Positions 24,701 to 39,700 of a stretch of 64,000 bases of DNA are shown one piece after another. Each line of letters begins with the position of its first letter. Position 1 is the first letter of the stretch. Where the stretch lies: NCBI RefSeq assembly GCF_036321535.1, contig NC_087447.1:50284001-50348000 (forward strand), read 5' to 3'. The notes under the pieces are model-generated. The model saw only the letters and a program-made list of their open reading frames with translations, did no database searches and was not told where the DNA came from. Both the position numbers and the translations under genes were made by a program. The DNA comes from Camelus dromedarius (Eukaryota).

Positions 24701-27700
24701 CAAAGTGTGAATTATATTAATCACAAAATTGCAAAAAGCTTCTTGGAATGAATTTTGACATCAGTGTATCTTGTTAGTGAATAAAAGACCTTAACAGGTG
24801 ACATGGAAAGTAAAAATAATAGAAGTCATTTAGCTGCTGGAGAAACTGATACTTTAGAAATAAGACTCCATTTTTGTCTGGAATCAATGGTATATGCTTC
24901 TCTGTTCTAGCAATGTGCTGAATCTATTATGGGTTACCTGGCAGATGGAGAAGGCTTTCTTACTGTTATTTAATCTAGTAATTGACACATACTTTAAAAA
25001 ATCCTTGGATTCTCCTGAGGTCACCAAAAGTAATATTAAATTTGAGAACGTATATTTGGGTTGACTTTAGTAGCTTAATTTGGTGTTAACATGAAAATGA
25101 CCCTGAAAATAATGCAGTTGGCAGATTGCTTTGGGGAATTGTCTTTTCTTGACTTGCAGTGGGTTGTGGAGCAGTGTGAGATATTCTTTTCATACATGCC
25201 AGGCTCTGTTTTAGGCTGAAGGAAGCTATATTAAGAAACAGTTATCAGTGTGTGAACTTGGTCTCCATTGAGTTCCTGATTTCTTTGTTGCAGGAGAGGT
25301 ATCTTTCCTCTTTTCCCACTTCTATCTTTTCTGTTCACCAATTCTGCTAGAGTGGAAAGAATACACAATTTTCAATAGTCACATATGTGTTTGAATCCTA
25401 GTTTGCTCTTTCCTTGCTTTGCGACCTTCAGCAAGTCTTTTAATTTAGCTTCTGTGAGCCTCAGTTTCCTCATCTTTAAAATCAGGATGTTGTATTTTGA
25501 GAATTAGTGATAACATATGGAAAAGATTTAGCGTAAATCATAGAGCTCAGTAAATAGTGCCTATGAGCTATTCTTGCTTGTTGTTATTTAAGAATTCAAA
25601 TATAATGTTGTCATTACTTTAGCTATTATTGCACTGCTTAGGTGGCAAGTGATTAGTGAGCTGATTTATAATAAACAAGCCTTACCTTGGTTCCCCCCAG
25701 TAGCCAAGTTGGAGATTGCTATGGTTAGGGAAAAATTATCCATCACTCCATCATTGATACTGCTATTAGTATTAAAAAGGAATATAAGTACATGCCTTTT
25801 GTCCAACTCCTGCTGTGAATGAAAAATGATTTTCATTTTTCTCAGTTTTAAACTTGGTTTCTCTGTAACATTGCTTTTCTCCATGGTCAATGTCACCTGT
25901 AGACTGCTGTTAAATACTTGGGGAAAACCCAGTTTTAAGTGATGATTTTCAGGAAAGGTTATTAATACCTTTTAATCTGTGGACCTAGTACCTAGTAGTG
26001 GCCTCTAACTTCTGATTACATGAAAATGTAAAAATTGGCCTGCAGTAAAAAAATAATTTTTCTGTATGCGTGGACAGTTTTGGCAAAAGTTAACAGCAAA
26101 CTTTTTTATCGTTCCTTCAGTAGTGGTTTGCTATTCCTACACAAGTACCACGTCAACCCCAACCTCTACCCCTGTTCCAAGTGGCAGCATAGCAACGGTT
26201 AAGTCTCCAAGACCTGCCAGTCCTGCCTCCAATGTAGTTGTCTTGCCAAGTGGAAGTACTGTTTATGTCAAAAGTAAGTGATATTCTCAGTGTTATCAGG
26301 GCCATCTTGGCTAAAAGCTGCAGCATAGGCTCTGATTAGATCTGCCTTCCTGGATTAAATCATTGGTCCACTGGCTATTAGCAGTGGTTAGTTTTTGAAG
26401 GTTGTAAAGAATTCCTTTTTTCACATGTGACTAGGTATATATTGCTTTTTAAGCAGTTCTGGGGGTTGAGAAATTACTTCTTTTTTGTTTTCAGTGGGGA
26501 ATCTGCCTTGAAACAGTGTTCACTTGTTTTGATTGTCACGGATTAGAAATGTGAATAGAAACTAAAGGAATGTGCTTATGTGATTGATTTAGTGTTAACT
26601 CCTGTAATTAAAAACTTTGTAGTATTTTTAAAAATTACTTATATAATGTATCATCCAATTGTTAAATTCAGTGAAGCATTCTAGAGAGTCCCTCTTTCCT
26701 ATTTCTAGTTGACTATAATTTTTTGAAGTTTATTTGCAGTTTTTAACCCTTTGATTCTACCCTGTGAAACAGTTTGATATCCAGTTCATTTTTTGTTTTT
26801 AATGTCTGTTATGTCAGCATTGTTTTGCTTTTGATGTCAACTGGAGATCATTAATATTTGATTTTCTTTTTCTCAGTTTAGTTATAAACTTAATTTCTTT
26901 GTAACTTTTAGTTGTGGACTTTACTGTCTTAGAAAGGATTATAGGTCATTGTCAGCTTTATTTCAAGTATAGTCTAAAAATTGAACATTTAGGAGTTATA
27001 TTTTATTACCAATTTCATGATCCATGCTGTATACTTTTTTTTAATGTCTGTTCTGTAGAGATTTTCTATGTATATTGCAAAGTTTTATGTTTCTCACTTG
27101 ATTTTTTGAAAAGTACAAAAACAATTGAGGCCTTAGAACATGAAGAAAAAACTAAGAATCTGGGGCTATTCATTAAGTTTATTTCTGATTTCTGTGGATT
27201 TAGCCAAGGTAGACTTTTAAAGTAATTGTGGAGATCTAGTTTTTGATCATTTTCTTAAAACATTGAAAGTGAATCCCAAACATGAAGAAACCATTTCACA
27301 TGATACATAATTTGAAGTAACAGGAAGTTAATTGCTTTATTCTCAGAAGTTACACAGGCAACATTAGTTTGAGATATAATCATTCATTCATCTAACTTCA
27401 TATGTGCAAGGCACTATACCAGGGAAGCAAACCAATAAGACTTATTCATTGCCCTTTGGGAGCCCCTTAATAACAGGAGATGTGCAGACCGACAGCCACA
27501 TTGCTGGGGTAAGTGCTGCAGAAGAGAATGTATGAAGTACTTTCTAAGCTCAGAGGAGACATGGATTAGCTTTGCTTAAAGGAGTAAGGGAAAGTGTCAC
27601 TGAGGAGATGGCTTACAGGATGATGATAGAAGGATGATGAAGAGGTCATTGATGGTATGTGGTATTCCCCAAAGAATAATAGTATATAGAGACTCCAGAT

Positions 27701-30700
27701 GGGTAGAATGTGTGATAAGATGGCTTTAGGGAATGGTGAGCAGTTCATTTTGCCAGGATCATAAGGGTGTCTGTAGGGTTGGGTGGAATAGGGTATTGTG
27801 TTCTTGGAGAGATATGGGACCTTGAATGATATAGTAATTATTTTTTGCCTCATCTTGTAGGGAGATAAAAACTACTAAAAGATTTGAGGCAGGGCATTGA
27901 CGTGATTAGATGTGAGATTTTATAACTGGTAGTAGGATGGAGGGTAGAATAGAAATGGAGAGATTGGAAGCATGGACACCTTTTAGAAGGTTGTAGCTAA
28001 AAGACAGGCAGGCAATAGGAAGGCCTGTCATGGCCTTAGGGTTAAAGAAGAAGGAAGGCATTTAGAGATAGCTTCTCTGAGGGAGGATTGTTAGGACTTA
28101 TTGTCTGATTGGGCATGAGGCAAAGGGAGAGATCAAGGATGACTGATGACATATTGATTTTAAAATAAAGTATAAAATGCAAAGTTTGATTGCTGTAAAT
28201 GTAGCAATATTGTTATTGCCTTTCAGGTGTTAGCTGTTCGGATGAAGATGAAAAACCCAGAAAACGAAGGCGAACAAACTCTTCTAGCTCCTCCCCTGTT
28301 GTCCTGAAGGAAGTTCCAAAGGCTGTTGTTCCGGTCTCAAAGACGATCACTGTTCCTGTGAGTGGCAGTCCCAAGATGAGCAACATCATGCAGAGCATTG
28401 CCAACTCCTTACCACCCCACATGTCTCCTGTGAAAATAACCTTCACCAAACCATCAACACAGACGACAAACACAACAACACAGAAGGTATGTGGTGGAGG
28501 GAGTCTCTGTCTGCCAATTGCTGTTTTTAATTTCTCAGTCAGTATGATTCAGATTTAACAAACATGCACTGAGTGCTTACTATGTGCTTGGCATTATGCT
28601 GGGAATGTTCACATCTCTTTCTTTAATTCTGCACATAAAGCTTTGCGATAAGTATTATTTCACTTTTTGTGTACATTTTTGTAGATGAGGCTCAGAGATG
28701 CCGAATGACTAGCCTCATATGACACAGCTAGCAGATCTTTTAAGGCTTTTGTTATATTTTATTTTTGTGATTGCACTAGGAAAAAAATTAAAATATAAGG
28801 GATTTTTTTAACAACTTTATTTGGATAACTTTACCTTTAGGAATTTAGTTTTTATATTCCCAGTGTAATGAAATTGTCAGAGTTATGTATTTCATAGAAG
28901 AAAGGTAGGATATGATTAAGTGACTAATTTTTGGCATCTTCTTTTTTATTCTTTATGTGCTATCATTAATTCATTTCTAAACTCTTCTCTCAGTATGTCC
29001 AAATCATCAGTATTCTGTCAATTTTATGTTATTAGAACCCTTTAACTTCCCATACTAATCTGGATGCTGATGGTACCCTAGTCTTGTTTTACATCTCTAT
29101 TTCTGAAATCTCCCTTTCACCATAATTCTGATCTTCTTTCTTGATTTATTTACTAAGTTACTGGAGCACATCCTCTAGTAGCTTTTTTGTATATGGGTGC
29201 AATGGAAAATAAAATTTTTGAGACCTTGCATGGTAGACTGAAAATTTCTTTATTCTAATCTCCTACTGTCTTGATGTAAGTTTAAGTAGGTAAGTATTCT
29301 AGGTGGGAGGTTATTTTCTTGAGAATTTTGAAGATATTTCTCTGTTAGCTGTTGGCTTCCAGTATTGCTTTTAAGAAGCCCAATGATATTCTAATTCCCG
29401 ATCCTCTTTTTCTCTCAGAAAACTCTTACTAACTGTCAGGGTTCTGAAATTTTAAGGTAAATTTCCTTTGAATGGGTCTTTATTTTATTCACTGGGTTGC
29501 ACACTCAGTGGCCCCTATCATTCTGGGCACTCATATCCTCCAGTTTGGGGAAATTCCTTGAATTATTTCTTTGATTTTTCTCTATCGTCTCTTTTTGGAT
29601 CATTTGTTATTCTGCATGTTGAATGCCTTGATTGATCCTTTAATTTTTTAATCTTTCTCACTCCCAGTTTTCATTTGTTTGCTTTTTCTTTCTACTATAG
29701 TATTATGGTTAAAAGCCTGGATTTTGGAACTAAACTTCCTGAATTTGAGTCCCATTTTTTGCCACTTACTGAGAAATCTAAACTGTAGACCTAATTTTTT
29801 CTCTTGTAAAATAGGGAAAATGCTTTATCTATTTTATAGGGTTTTGGGGTATAAGTAAGTCAGATAATAAATATAAACTGTTAGAATAGAGCCTAACACA
29901 TAGTAAATGCTCTTTAAGTATTTTCTTTATTCTTCATTACTTCTCTGGAATTTCTCATTTTTGCTATCATACTTTACATTTCTAGTAACTCTTTCTTGTT
30001 GTCTGAAGGTTCCCTTTAAAAAAAAAAACCCAGCATCCTGCTCTCTCAAAGTCACTGTATTCTCTTTTCTGATGATATTCATGATAATTTTTTGATGTTT
30101 TCTTCTTTCATGTTTTCTCTCTTTTTGCCTATAAATTTCTATTATCTATTTGTTTTGATCTCTGTCATTTCAATTTCCTTAAATGCTGGCTGTCTGCTTA
30201 TATATGGAAATGGGTACCAAGAAGCTGACAGAAAGCTCTGTGTGTAGGGGAGGGCATGTTGATGGTAACTTTCATTGTAGGTTGACCTAGCTGGACTGTT
30301 TTGTTGAGACCCACCTACTACCCCTTTACCTCTACTAGTTGTTACTCTCACAAAGTCTTTTTCATGGACTGGCTAGATTCCTCAGAGAAGAATCTTCCGG
30401 TCTTCTGCCTAGAGTAGTAAACTTGTCTGCTAGTATTTTGGGAGTAAAGGGAGGGAGAGGGCTGGATAGTCTCATCATTCAGTATGTAGATTTTACTTAA
30501 CCCCTTGGTTTTCAGCATAGCATCCACCCCCTTAGCCTGGTATCATCAGATTCCCTTGGATTCACTATCTCCCTCAAGTGAATAAGTTTTTCTAGTCTTC
30601 CTTTAGCATGGGGGAAGATAGCTGGGGATCTTAACTCTGCTTAAACAGATTTTCAACTAATTTTCCTCTCTCTAGTCCCACTTTTACCCATACTTTGGAA

Positions 30701-33700
30701 GTATCTGGTACTCTTGAGTTCCTGAGTCTTTCTGGGGTTCTTTGAACGTTGTCTTGTTTTTTGTTCTTCTGTTTGTTGTCTTAGGTTTCCACTTGCTGGG
30801 TATGCTTGATTGGTTACCACTTGTCTGTTTGTTTTCCACTTTCCAAAACTTGATAGTTGTTGTCTCCTTTCCATTTGGACTTTATAGGTTTATGTGCCTT
30901 TTAAAAATAAACACCTTCATACTATTTTAGAGGGATTTGGGGGAAGGAGTAGAGGTAAATTCTTATTTTCAATAGGTGGTTGTTCCTACTTCTGAATATT
31001 CAGTTCCATGATAACATCCATTTAAAGAACCTCCTTGAATTACCCGTAAAGATGTCATTATATAATATATAAGAAATTACAATTTTCTTACTAAACTAGA
31101 AATGATAATGAGTTGATCTGTGGAATATAATTCTATCTTCAGTCTTAGGATGAAGCATTATAGTTTAGTGTTAAAAATAAAGTAAGAATTTTTATAGTCA
31201 AAAAGATCTGAATTGGAACCCCAGCTCTTCCAGTATGACCTGAGATAAATTAGTCTTTCTGAATCTGTTTACCCATCTGTGAGATGAGAGTAGTGCCAAT
31301 TTTATAAGGTTATTGTGAGGATTAAATGAGATTGGGTATTTTAAGTTGCAATACAATGTATGTGCTCAAAAAATGTTAGGTTCCTTCCCTTGCAGGTATT
31401 TTATGGAAAGCAGGGTCACCTAACATTATTAACTTTCCGCATTTCTTTGGTCGACCTATATAAAAATACTTGCAATAGATGGGGGCTCATCTATAAGTGT
31501 AGTCAGTGAACTTTACAAAAAAATTTATTTGCACTGAGAATGAGCTGTTCCAAATAAGTGAATTTTGTCAGTTAACTGAAGCTTTCCCCTTAATATGTAG
31601 AAATTTACTATTTTTGGTGACTTCTTAAATGGTACACTGAACATAACTTTTGCATTTGTATTTGATGACTCCAAGGTAATCTTTCTGAATATCACTTCTC
31701 ATATTATATTATAATATAATTATAACTTTCTGGGCTAGCCCTGTATTAGGTGTCATCAGCCTGCTATCTCTAAGGGTTTTTATGTTTACTTTTTGTAATA
31801 TTTTTACTGCCCTGTTTGCTAGATCCATTTTATCAGTAATTCTTCTCTTTTCTCCCCCTTCTCATCTGCTCTTTTAATTTGGTGTTTGAGAAATAATGTA
31901 GTGAAGGTATAGCTAAAAGACACCCACCTCCAAACCATGTCCTTTTATTCCTTTACTCTGTTTTATTTTTATTCATTATACTTACAACTTATTAACATTA
32001 TATTACATATATGTTTATTTCCTGTTTCTACCATAGAGAATAAGTTACTGAGGGTAGAGACTTTGTCTTATTTATCACTATTCCCTAGTGTTTAGAACAG
32101 TGCCTGGAATGCAGTAGGTGTTAACTAATAATCGTTAAATGAAGGATGAATGAATGAATGAATGAATGAATAATGAATAAATATATCTGGTTCCAGTACT
32201 GGCTCTGCCACCTCTCTTGAGCCTCAATTTCCTTATAAAACAAAAATAATGATAGTGTTTACTAAATAATTAAATGAGATGATTCATGAAAAGTACTTAA
32301 CATAAGACATGTGATGAGTGCTCAGTACATGTCACCTAACATTAGCTGTCCAATCTTCCTGGTAAGACCTATATAAAAATACTTACAGTACATGGGGGGC
32401 TCACCCATCAGTGAAATTGGTGAACTTTTTCTTTGATTCACTGACTTTGTCATACTTTAATTGGTTTCTTTTTTTCTGCATTGTCAACTGAGAATGGATA
32501 GTTGAGGTTATCAGACTTGTGATACTCGTAAGAGAGCATATTTATCTCCAGAGATATTCCTGAGTCATACTATGAAATTATAGGCTCAGAACCTTAGATT
32601 TATCTTACTGTGTTTAAAAAAAAACATTTAAAACAAATTAAAAATTAGACTCAATTCATTCCACAAATATTTCCTGAGTGTCTATTATGTTTCAGATGCA
32701 AAACTGTATTCTTTTACTTCATGTGTACTCATGCCATTAATTTTTGTTATTTCATGGACAAGCTGAGTGTGGGTAGGACTAATAGATATCCTTTGGGATT
32801 TTTATTTATTTTTTGTTTTCCTTTTGCTGGGTAATTGGATTTTTTGAAATCTCTGTAAGGCTATTGCCATTCACCTTAGATTTCTCACAAACCCTATGTG
32901 AGTCAATATAGGAATTATTTTAATTAAAGTGACTTTTACATTAAGTATAATTATAAATTTGTGGACTTAATTCAAATTCAGATAGGTCATATATTTTCAG
33001 GGTAGACAAGTTTCCACCTGTGTTAATGTGGTGCCTTCATTTTAAGTATAACATTGGTACAGCACTTATATAAACAAAGCAACAGAATATAGCTTTATGC
33101 TTTCACATGCTTGATTGATATTTTTCATTTTATCCTTAGGGTGCAAGTCCCAGCACTCTTAAGGAGTTTTTGTGAGTGCTAGAAGGTCAGTAATTTAAAT
33201 TATGGCCTGAATAAACACTGTTTGGTTCACTTGGTTTCAGAATCCCATTATTTCCCTTGTTGTAACAAGCAGCTAAAGTACAAGTAAATTTTCCTCAAGG
33301 TGGATCTCTGATTTTGGATAACCCCTTTTCAGATTAGAAATCAACTTGCAGACTGAAATCTCAAAATATATTTTATCATTTGTATCTGTAATCTAAGACA
33401 TGCTCTTAAACACTCTAGATTTATTTTACTGAAATGTTGTTATCTTAATGTTAGAAGTCTACATACATACTCTAATTCTGAAATTGCAAATATTTGACCC
33501 AAGTGTGAATGCTTCTCCTTCCCTTACACATGACAGACATTGCTAATTAACTGTGGCACACTTTCCTGCCAAGCCTTGGTGAATCCTCATCTGTGCCTCA
33601 GAGTCCTTATAAATACTGTGCTCCAGGAAGCTACTACTAATAGTTCAGAATTGGCAAATATGAAACCTAATTGCTATTACTGCTCTTAACTGGTTTGGCT

Positions 33701-36700
33701 GTAGTAGCTGTGAGTTCTTTGGATTCTCAGAGGTATCAGAATTCGGGGAAAAGATATATAAAATTTTTTAATGAAACAAAAATAGAGTACGTTAAAATAA
33801 TTTCCAGATTTATTTGATCTATAATGCCTTTTCTGATACCCTTTTAATATTTATTAAGTAGTAATAATAAATTACTAATAAGTATCATTTGTCGACTGTC
33901 AACTATTGACCACCTGCTATGTGCCTAGCACTATGTTAGATGCTTCACACCATTACTTCATTTAATCCTTGTAATAATTTGCAAGGTAGGTATTATTATC
34001 CCTATTTTATAGATAACAATTGGAACCCAGAGATTTTTAACATGTCCAGGGGCCTGCCATTTGTCAGTGGCAAAGGCAGTATTAAGCTCAGTTTCATTTG
34101 ACTCTTAACTTCTGGTCTTTTTACCATGTTGATCTACTTCTCAGTTTATATGATGGCTGGTGGTTGTGTTTGTAATAATGCTATATAGGTGTTTACTGAC
34201 CAAGGCTTGTATATCTCTCTTGACTCCTCCAATAATCAACAAACTCTTTAAAGTAATGGACATGTACTTACATCTTAGAATTCTCTGTAACACTGATGTA
34301 TATAATAACAATGATATAGTCAAAGCTTCTTTGAGATGCAGGTACTGAATACAGCCATACTCAATAAGTTTTGGCTGACTGATTTAACTTCAGGCCTTCT
34401 TTAGGACTGATACAAAAATGAACAAGAATTTCTCCCTTAAAGTCTTTGGATTTTTCAAAACAATTTTCTGTCCCAGGTAGGTAAAAGTAATTTTGGTGAA
34501 AGAAGAAAAAGACACTGCTTTTTTGGGGTATCACTAAACCACCATTACACTTGCCCAGAATAAAACTGATTCTACGGATTTGTAAATGATTTTTGTGTTC
34601 TCAGCCGTAAAATGGGGATAATAATAGTATCTGTGTCACAGGATTGTTAGATTTAAATAAGCTAATGCATATTAGCTCTAGGAGCTAATCTTGAATCTGC
34701 CTTTTCCTTAACCTGTCATTTTCATACATCAAGTTCTGTTGACTCTACCTTTTAAAATAATCTGAATCTGATCACTTCTCTTTATTTCGACTACTTACAC
34801 CGAGTCCAATCAGCCTCTGTCATTCCTTGCCTAGTCAACTGCAGTAGCCTCTTTACTAGTCTTGCTGCTTCTACTCTTACCTCTCACCACATAGCAGCTA
34901 GAATGATCTTTTAAAATGTAAATCAACTTTTATTGTTTCCTTATTTAAAAGTGGCTTCCTATTATACTCAGTGTAAAATTTAAATTCTTGACTCTGGTTT
35001 ACAAATTTGATCTGAACTCCACTTACTTTTCCAGTCCCTCCTTGCCCTATATGCTTTTGCTGCACTGGCTCTCTTTTTTGTTTTTAAATACATCAAGCTA
35101 ATTCCCACCTTAGGTCTTTTGCTCTATTTTATTCTCTCTGTCTGAGCTCTCTCTCTGCTTTGTCCCTGTATCATCTATGTTTTTCTTGTCATACTGGCTA
35201 ACCTTGAAGTCTCTTTCCTGCCTCTTTTTTTCCTCCAGTCTCTGTATCAACCTATGAACAAATCCTGTTGGTTTTAAATTAAATATGTTCAGAATCTGTT
35301 CACTTTTCACCAGTTCTGCCACACACATTTTGGTTACCATCACCTCTGCTTGGTTTATTGCTGGAGCCTCCTAATTTGTCTCCCTGTTTATACTGTCTCT
35401 GCCCTACTGTACTTTTCCCCTAGCAGAAGAGTAATGCTTTTTAAAGAATGCTTTATTTTTTAGAACAGTTATAGATATACAGAAAAATTTAGAAAATAAT
35501 ACAGAGAGTTCTCATATACCCTGCATTCAGTTTTTCCTATTAACATTTTGTATTCGTATGGTACATTTGTTATAGTTAATGAACCAACATTGATGCATTA
35601 ATATTAACTAAAGTCCGTGGTTTATTCACGTTTCTTTAGTTTTTACCTATTATCTTTTCCTGTTTTAGGAAACCACATTACATATTCTTGTCATTGCTCC
35701 CTTAGACTCCTCTTGGCTTGGGAAGTTTCTCAAATTTTCCTTGTGTTTGATAACCTTGACAGTTTTGAGGAGTACTACTGGTCAAGTATTTTATGGGATG
35801 CCCCACTGCTGCAGTTTATCTGATGTTTTTCTCATGATTAGACTAGAGTTATGGGTTTTCAGAAGGAAGACCACAGAGATAAAGTGCCATTTTTGTCATA
35901 TCATATCAAGGATATATACTGTCAACATGATCTTATATCATGTAGTCCTCCATTATTTCCCCGAATCTGCCTTCTACTACTCTCTACCTTATAAATTCCA
36001 ATCCTGTTCAGTAGGTCCTTCAACTTTTATGAACATACCAAGCTTGCTTCTGCCTCAGAGCCTTTAAATTTGCTGCTCCCCATGCCATTGAATGTTCTTG
36101 TTCTTCCTCTAGGTAGCAACATGATTCACACACCTACTTCTAGTTTCTGCTCACATGTCACCTTAACAGAGAGCTCTTCATTGAACACTTTATAAAAAAA
36201 ATACATCACTCCCATTTTCTTTTATTTCCTACCATGCTTTATTGTCTCTTCCATTTATCTCTACATGACATATATTTACTTTTTTGTTTTGTTTTTCTCC
36301 CCCTACTAGAATGTAGCTTCATGAAAATAGGAACTTTTGTCTGTTTTGTTCATTGTTCATTCCACTATCCCCAGCATCTAGAACCATGCCTGGCACATAG
36401 TAGATGCTCAACAAATATTTATAAGTGAATGACTATCCAAATTATTTTCTAGGCAAATTGTGCCAATTTATACTCCCTAAGTGGTACATTGAAATGCTTA
36501 CTTTGCTGTATCTTGTACAGCATTGAATGTTTCTTTTAAAATGTATGGTTGGTAAAAATTGTTTCTTTTAAATACATTTTGATAATTACCAGTAAAGGAA
36601 AGCTTTCGTTTATTTTTAGTTATAAATTTCTTTTTCTTGAATTGCTTTATCATGTTTCATAAACTGATTTTGAATTGTATAGAACAATGAATCTAGGTAC

Positions 36701-39700
36701 ATTAGGATATAGTAGGTACATGAAAATAACTTATTTTACCTTCCTTAGGTTATCATAGTGACCACATCACCAAGTTCAACCTTCGTGCCCAACATTCTCT
36801 CCAAATCCCATAACTATGCAGCAGTCACTAAGCTTGTACCAACATCAGTCATTGCTTCCACAACCCAGAAGCCACCAGTGGTTATAACTGCTTCACAGTC
36901 CTCTCTGGTCAGTAGTAGCAGCAGTGGCAGCAGCAGTTCTACACCATCACCTATTCCTAATACAGTTGCAGTAACAGCTGTGGTTTCTTCCACACCGTCT
37001 GTGGTCATGTCAACAGTAGCACAAGGTAAGTGGTGATTCACCACATAATTCTGTCCCTGTGGTATATGGGAATTTTGAAGAAAACTTTGTGGGTGTGTTT
37101 TTCTGCTTTGAGTGTGAAGGTCCTGACTGTTATGTCAGAGATTACCACTTCCCCTCCCCTAGTTTGAGATTGTGAAGATAGTGGTTTTCTCAGTTTTCTT
37201 ATATTAATATGCTTACTGTAAGATTTTTTTCAAATGTACAGTACCTAGTCACCTAAGCAATTAACATTCACAAAATGCAGGTTAAATCTTGTCACAACAA
37301 ATTTCAAAGGCATATACAAATATCTTTAATGTAATGAAATTTTTCAGTGAGAAACTTGACATTATTTTACTACAGGTTCTTCAGAAAAAACATTAAGTAG
37401 ACAACCTCTTCAAAGTAAGTGACCCAGTGATAAGAAGTAGTGAGAAGAGGATGATTTCAAGGACATGCCATTCACCTTTTCTTCAGTCTCCTGTATTTTC
37501 TGTGTGGGTGGATGATGGGAGGTATTGATTGGAACTGAGGCTGAACTAAAGGACAGTTGCTGCTTAATAGCAGAGGAAAGGAAATGTGGGAACCTCAGTT
37601 CCATGTTAGCTTAATTCTCTTGAGCTCTCTACTATATCTTTGTGTTCCCTCGTAGAAAAGGCAAGTAGCACACTGTTAGAATTTTCTTTTTACAATGTTG
37701 TTAAGTCCTAAGATGGGAATCAGAGGGAACTATTTAATATACCTATGGTCATAGTCTATCAGAGAGAGCTTGAAAGCTATATAGAACAATATTTAGTACT
37801 TTTTTCCCTCAATGAATTTTACTTGCATTATGTATAGCTTAAGATAGACCAGGACTTGGAAATATCCTAGTTTGTGAACTAGTAGTGAATGCAGACAGTG
37901 TTTTTCATAATTGCTTTAGTGAGTTTAGTGTATTCCATATAACTTTGTTAGCAAGGAATAAGTTACATAAGATGCAGATGTGGTCAGTATTCCCTCACTC
38001 GATAGGTCTCATTGGCAGAATGTGACAGCATCTGTCATTTTCTGCCTCTAATACCCATTTAATGTCTCAATGACAGGAAATAACATGCTTGAAATTTTAT
38101 TTGTTACCTTAAAGTTTAAAAAGTTAAAAAAACTATTCCAATCTTTCTGTGTAGCAGTAAACTATAATATAGTATTATTAAAAATAGAAATGATTTTTAT
38201 ATAGAAAGTCTGTATAGATGTTGGTTGCAAACATGATCCAAATTCACCACTTCACAATTTGAAGGTGAGAAAAGGAAAGGCCACCTGTTTCCTTACCTTA
38301 CTGACCCCTGTATCAAAACTGTCACCCATTGATAGTTGTTTTTCCACTTCTAATAATCGTTACACTGTTTGCTGCAGTGTTACTGTTTAGGGTTACTGTT
38401 CTTCTGAGGAAAATGTTATTATTTGAGATAAGACGGGTATTTCTCTTGGTTACTAATGAAATAACTTTAGGCAAAATGAATATTCCATGCTTCTGGTTTT
38501 CATTCTTAATTTTCTCCAAGTGTCTTCTGAATCTCTTGGGAACTTATGACTTCCTTATTTTCTCCTTTGCTTCTTAGCATCCTGTATCTCTTTGAGCTTT
38601 AAGTCACTTTAGGAGTGCTAGACAAGACATCACAGAGATTTCTTGTAAATTCACTGGAATTCAGTAGAGCATGAGCGATGTAAAAGTAAAGTATCTGAAT
38701 GTAGATACTCAAGGAAACTATATGATTATTTTGAGAGATTTAATTTAGATATTGTAAGTGCTAAGAAATTAAGGTATTTTCTTTTAAAAAAGGTAAATCT
38801 TACTGGAAGTGGTAATATATAAACTGCAGTTGTGATTCTGACTGCAAGGCTTCTTTATCAGCTCCTGTGTGGGAACATAGGGGACAAGGGCATTCAGTGT
38901 CTGCTTCTGCTGGGGACTAGAGACACTGTTTTAGAGCTGATATATCTATCTCTGGTTATTCTTGTAGGGGCAGCTGGTGGTACGGGTGAAGAGTCTTAGT
39001 AGCGGTAACTTGGTGGGTGATTCCATGTTTATAAGTGTAGAGATGGTTCCAAAGATAGGGAGTAATGTGTGGTTGTTCATGCTGTGGGAAGAGAAAGGAA
39101 CTCAATATTTGAAATATGGGAAGTCTTAAATTCTACCAATTAGAACGGTTATTCTGAATTGGTCATCTACAGAACAGGATAATTGAAAATTTTTTATTAT
39201 GGAAAATTCCAAACATGCATAAGTAGAATAATAAAATGAACCCCCGTGTGCCCATTATTCAGCTTCAGGGATGAGTAACACATGGTCAATTTTGTTTCAT
39301 CTGTACCTGCTATTTTTCTATATTAACTCTAACGTGGAATGTTTTGAAGCAAATCCCAAATACCATGTAATTTCAGCTATAAATACCTCAGAATGTATCA
39401 CAACTCACAGTACCATTCTCACACCTAGAATTTTTAGCAATAACTTCTACATATAGTAAAATAGTAGCTGAATTTCCTTGATCATATTGTAAAATTTAAA
39501 AAAATTAAGATCTTGATAAGATCTATACATTAATTGATATGGCTATGTCTTTATTAAATTATAGGTCTCTCTTCCTTTTTTCCCCCCTCTTTTTGCAAAT
39601 TGTTTGTTGAAGAAATTGGTCATTTTTCCTGAAAGTTTCCCGTAGTCTGGATTTTGCTGATTTTAATTCCCGTGGTGTGGTTTAACAAGTTCTCCTGCTC

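Noticed and set aside
38329..38577. Hydrophobic TM-like ORF
   Set aside because: TTG start in T-rich intronic sequence; a composition artefact
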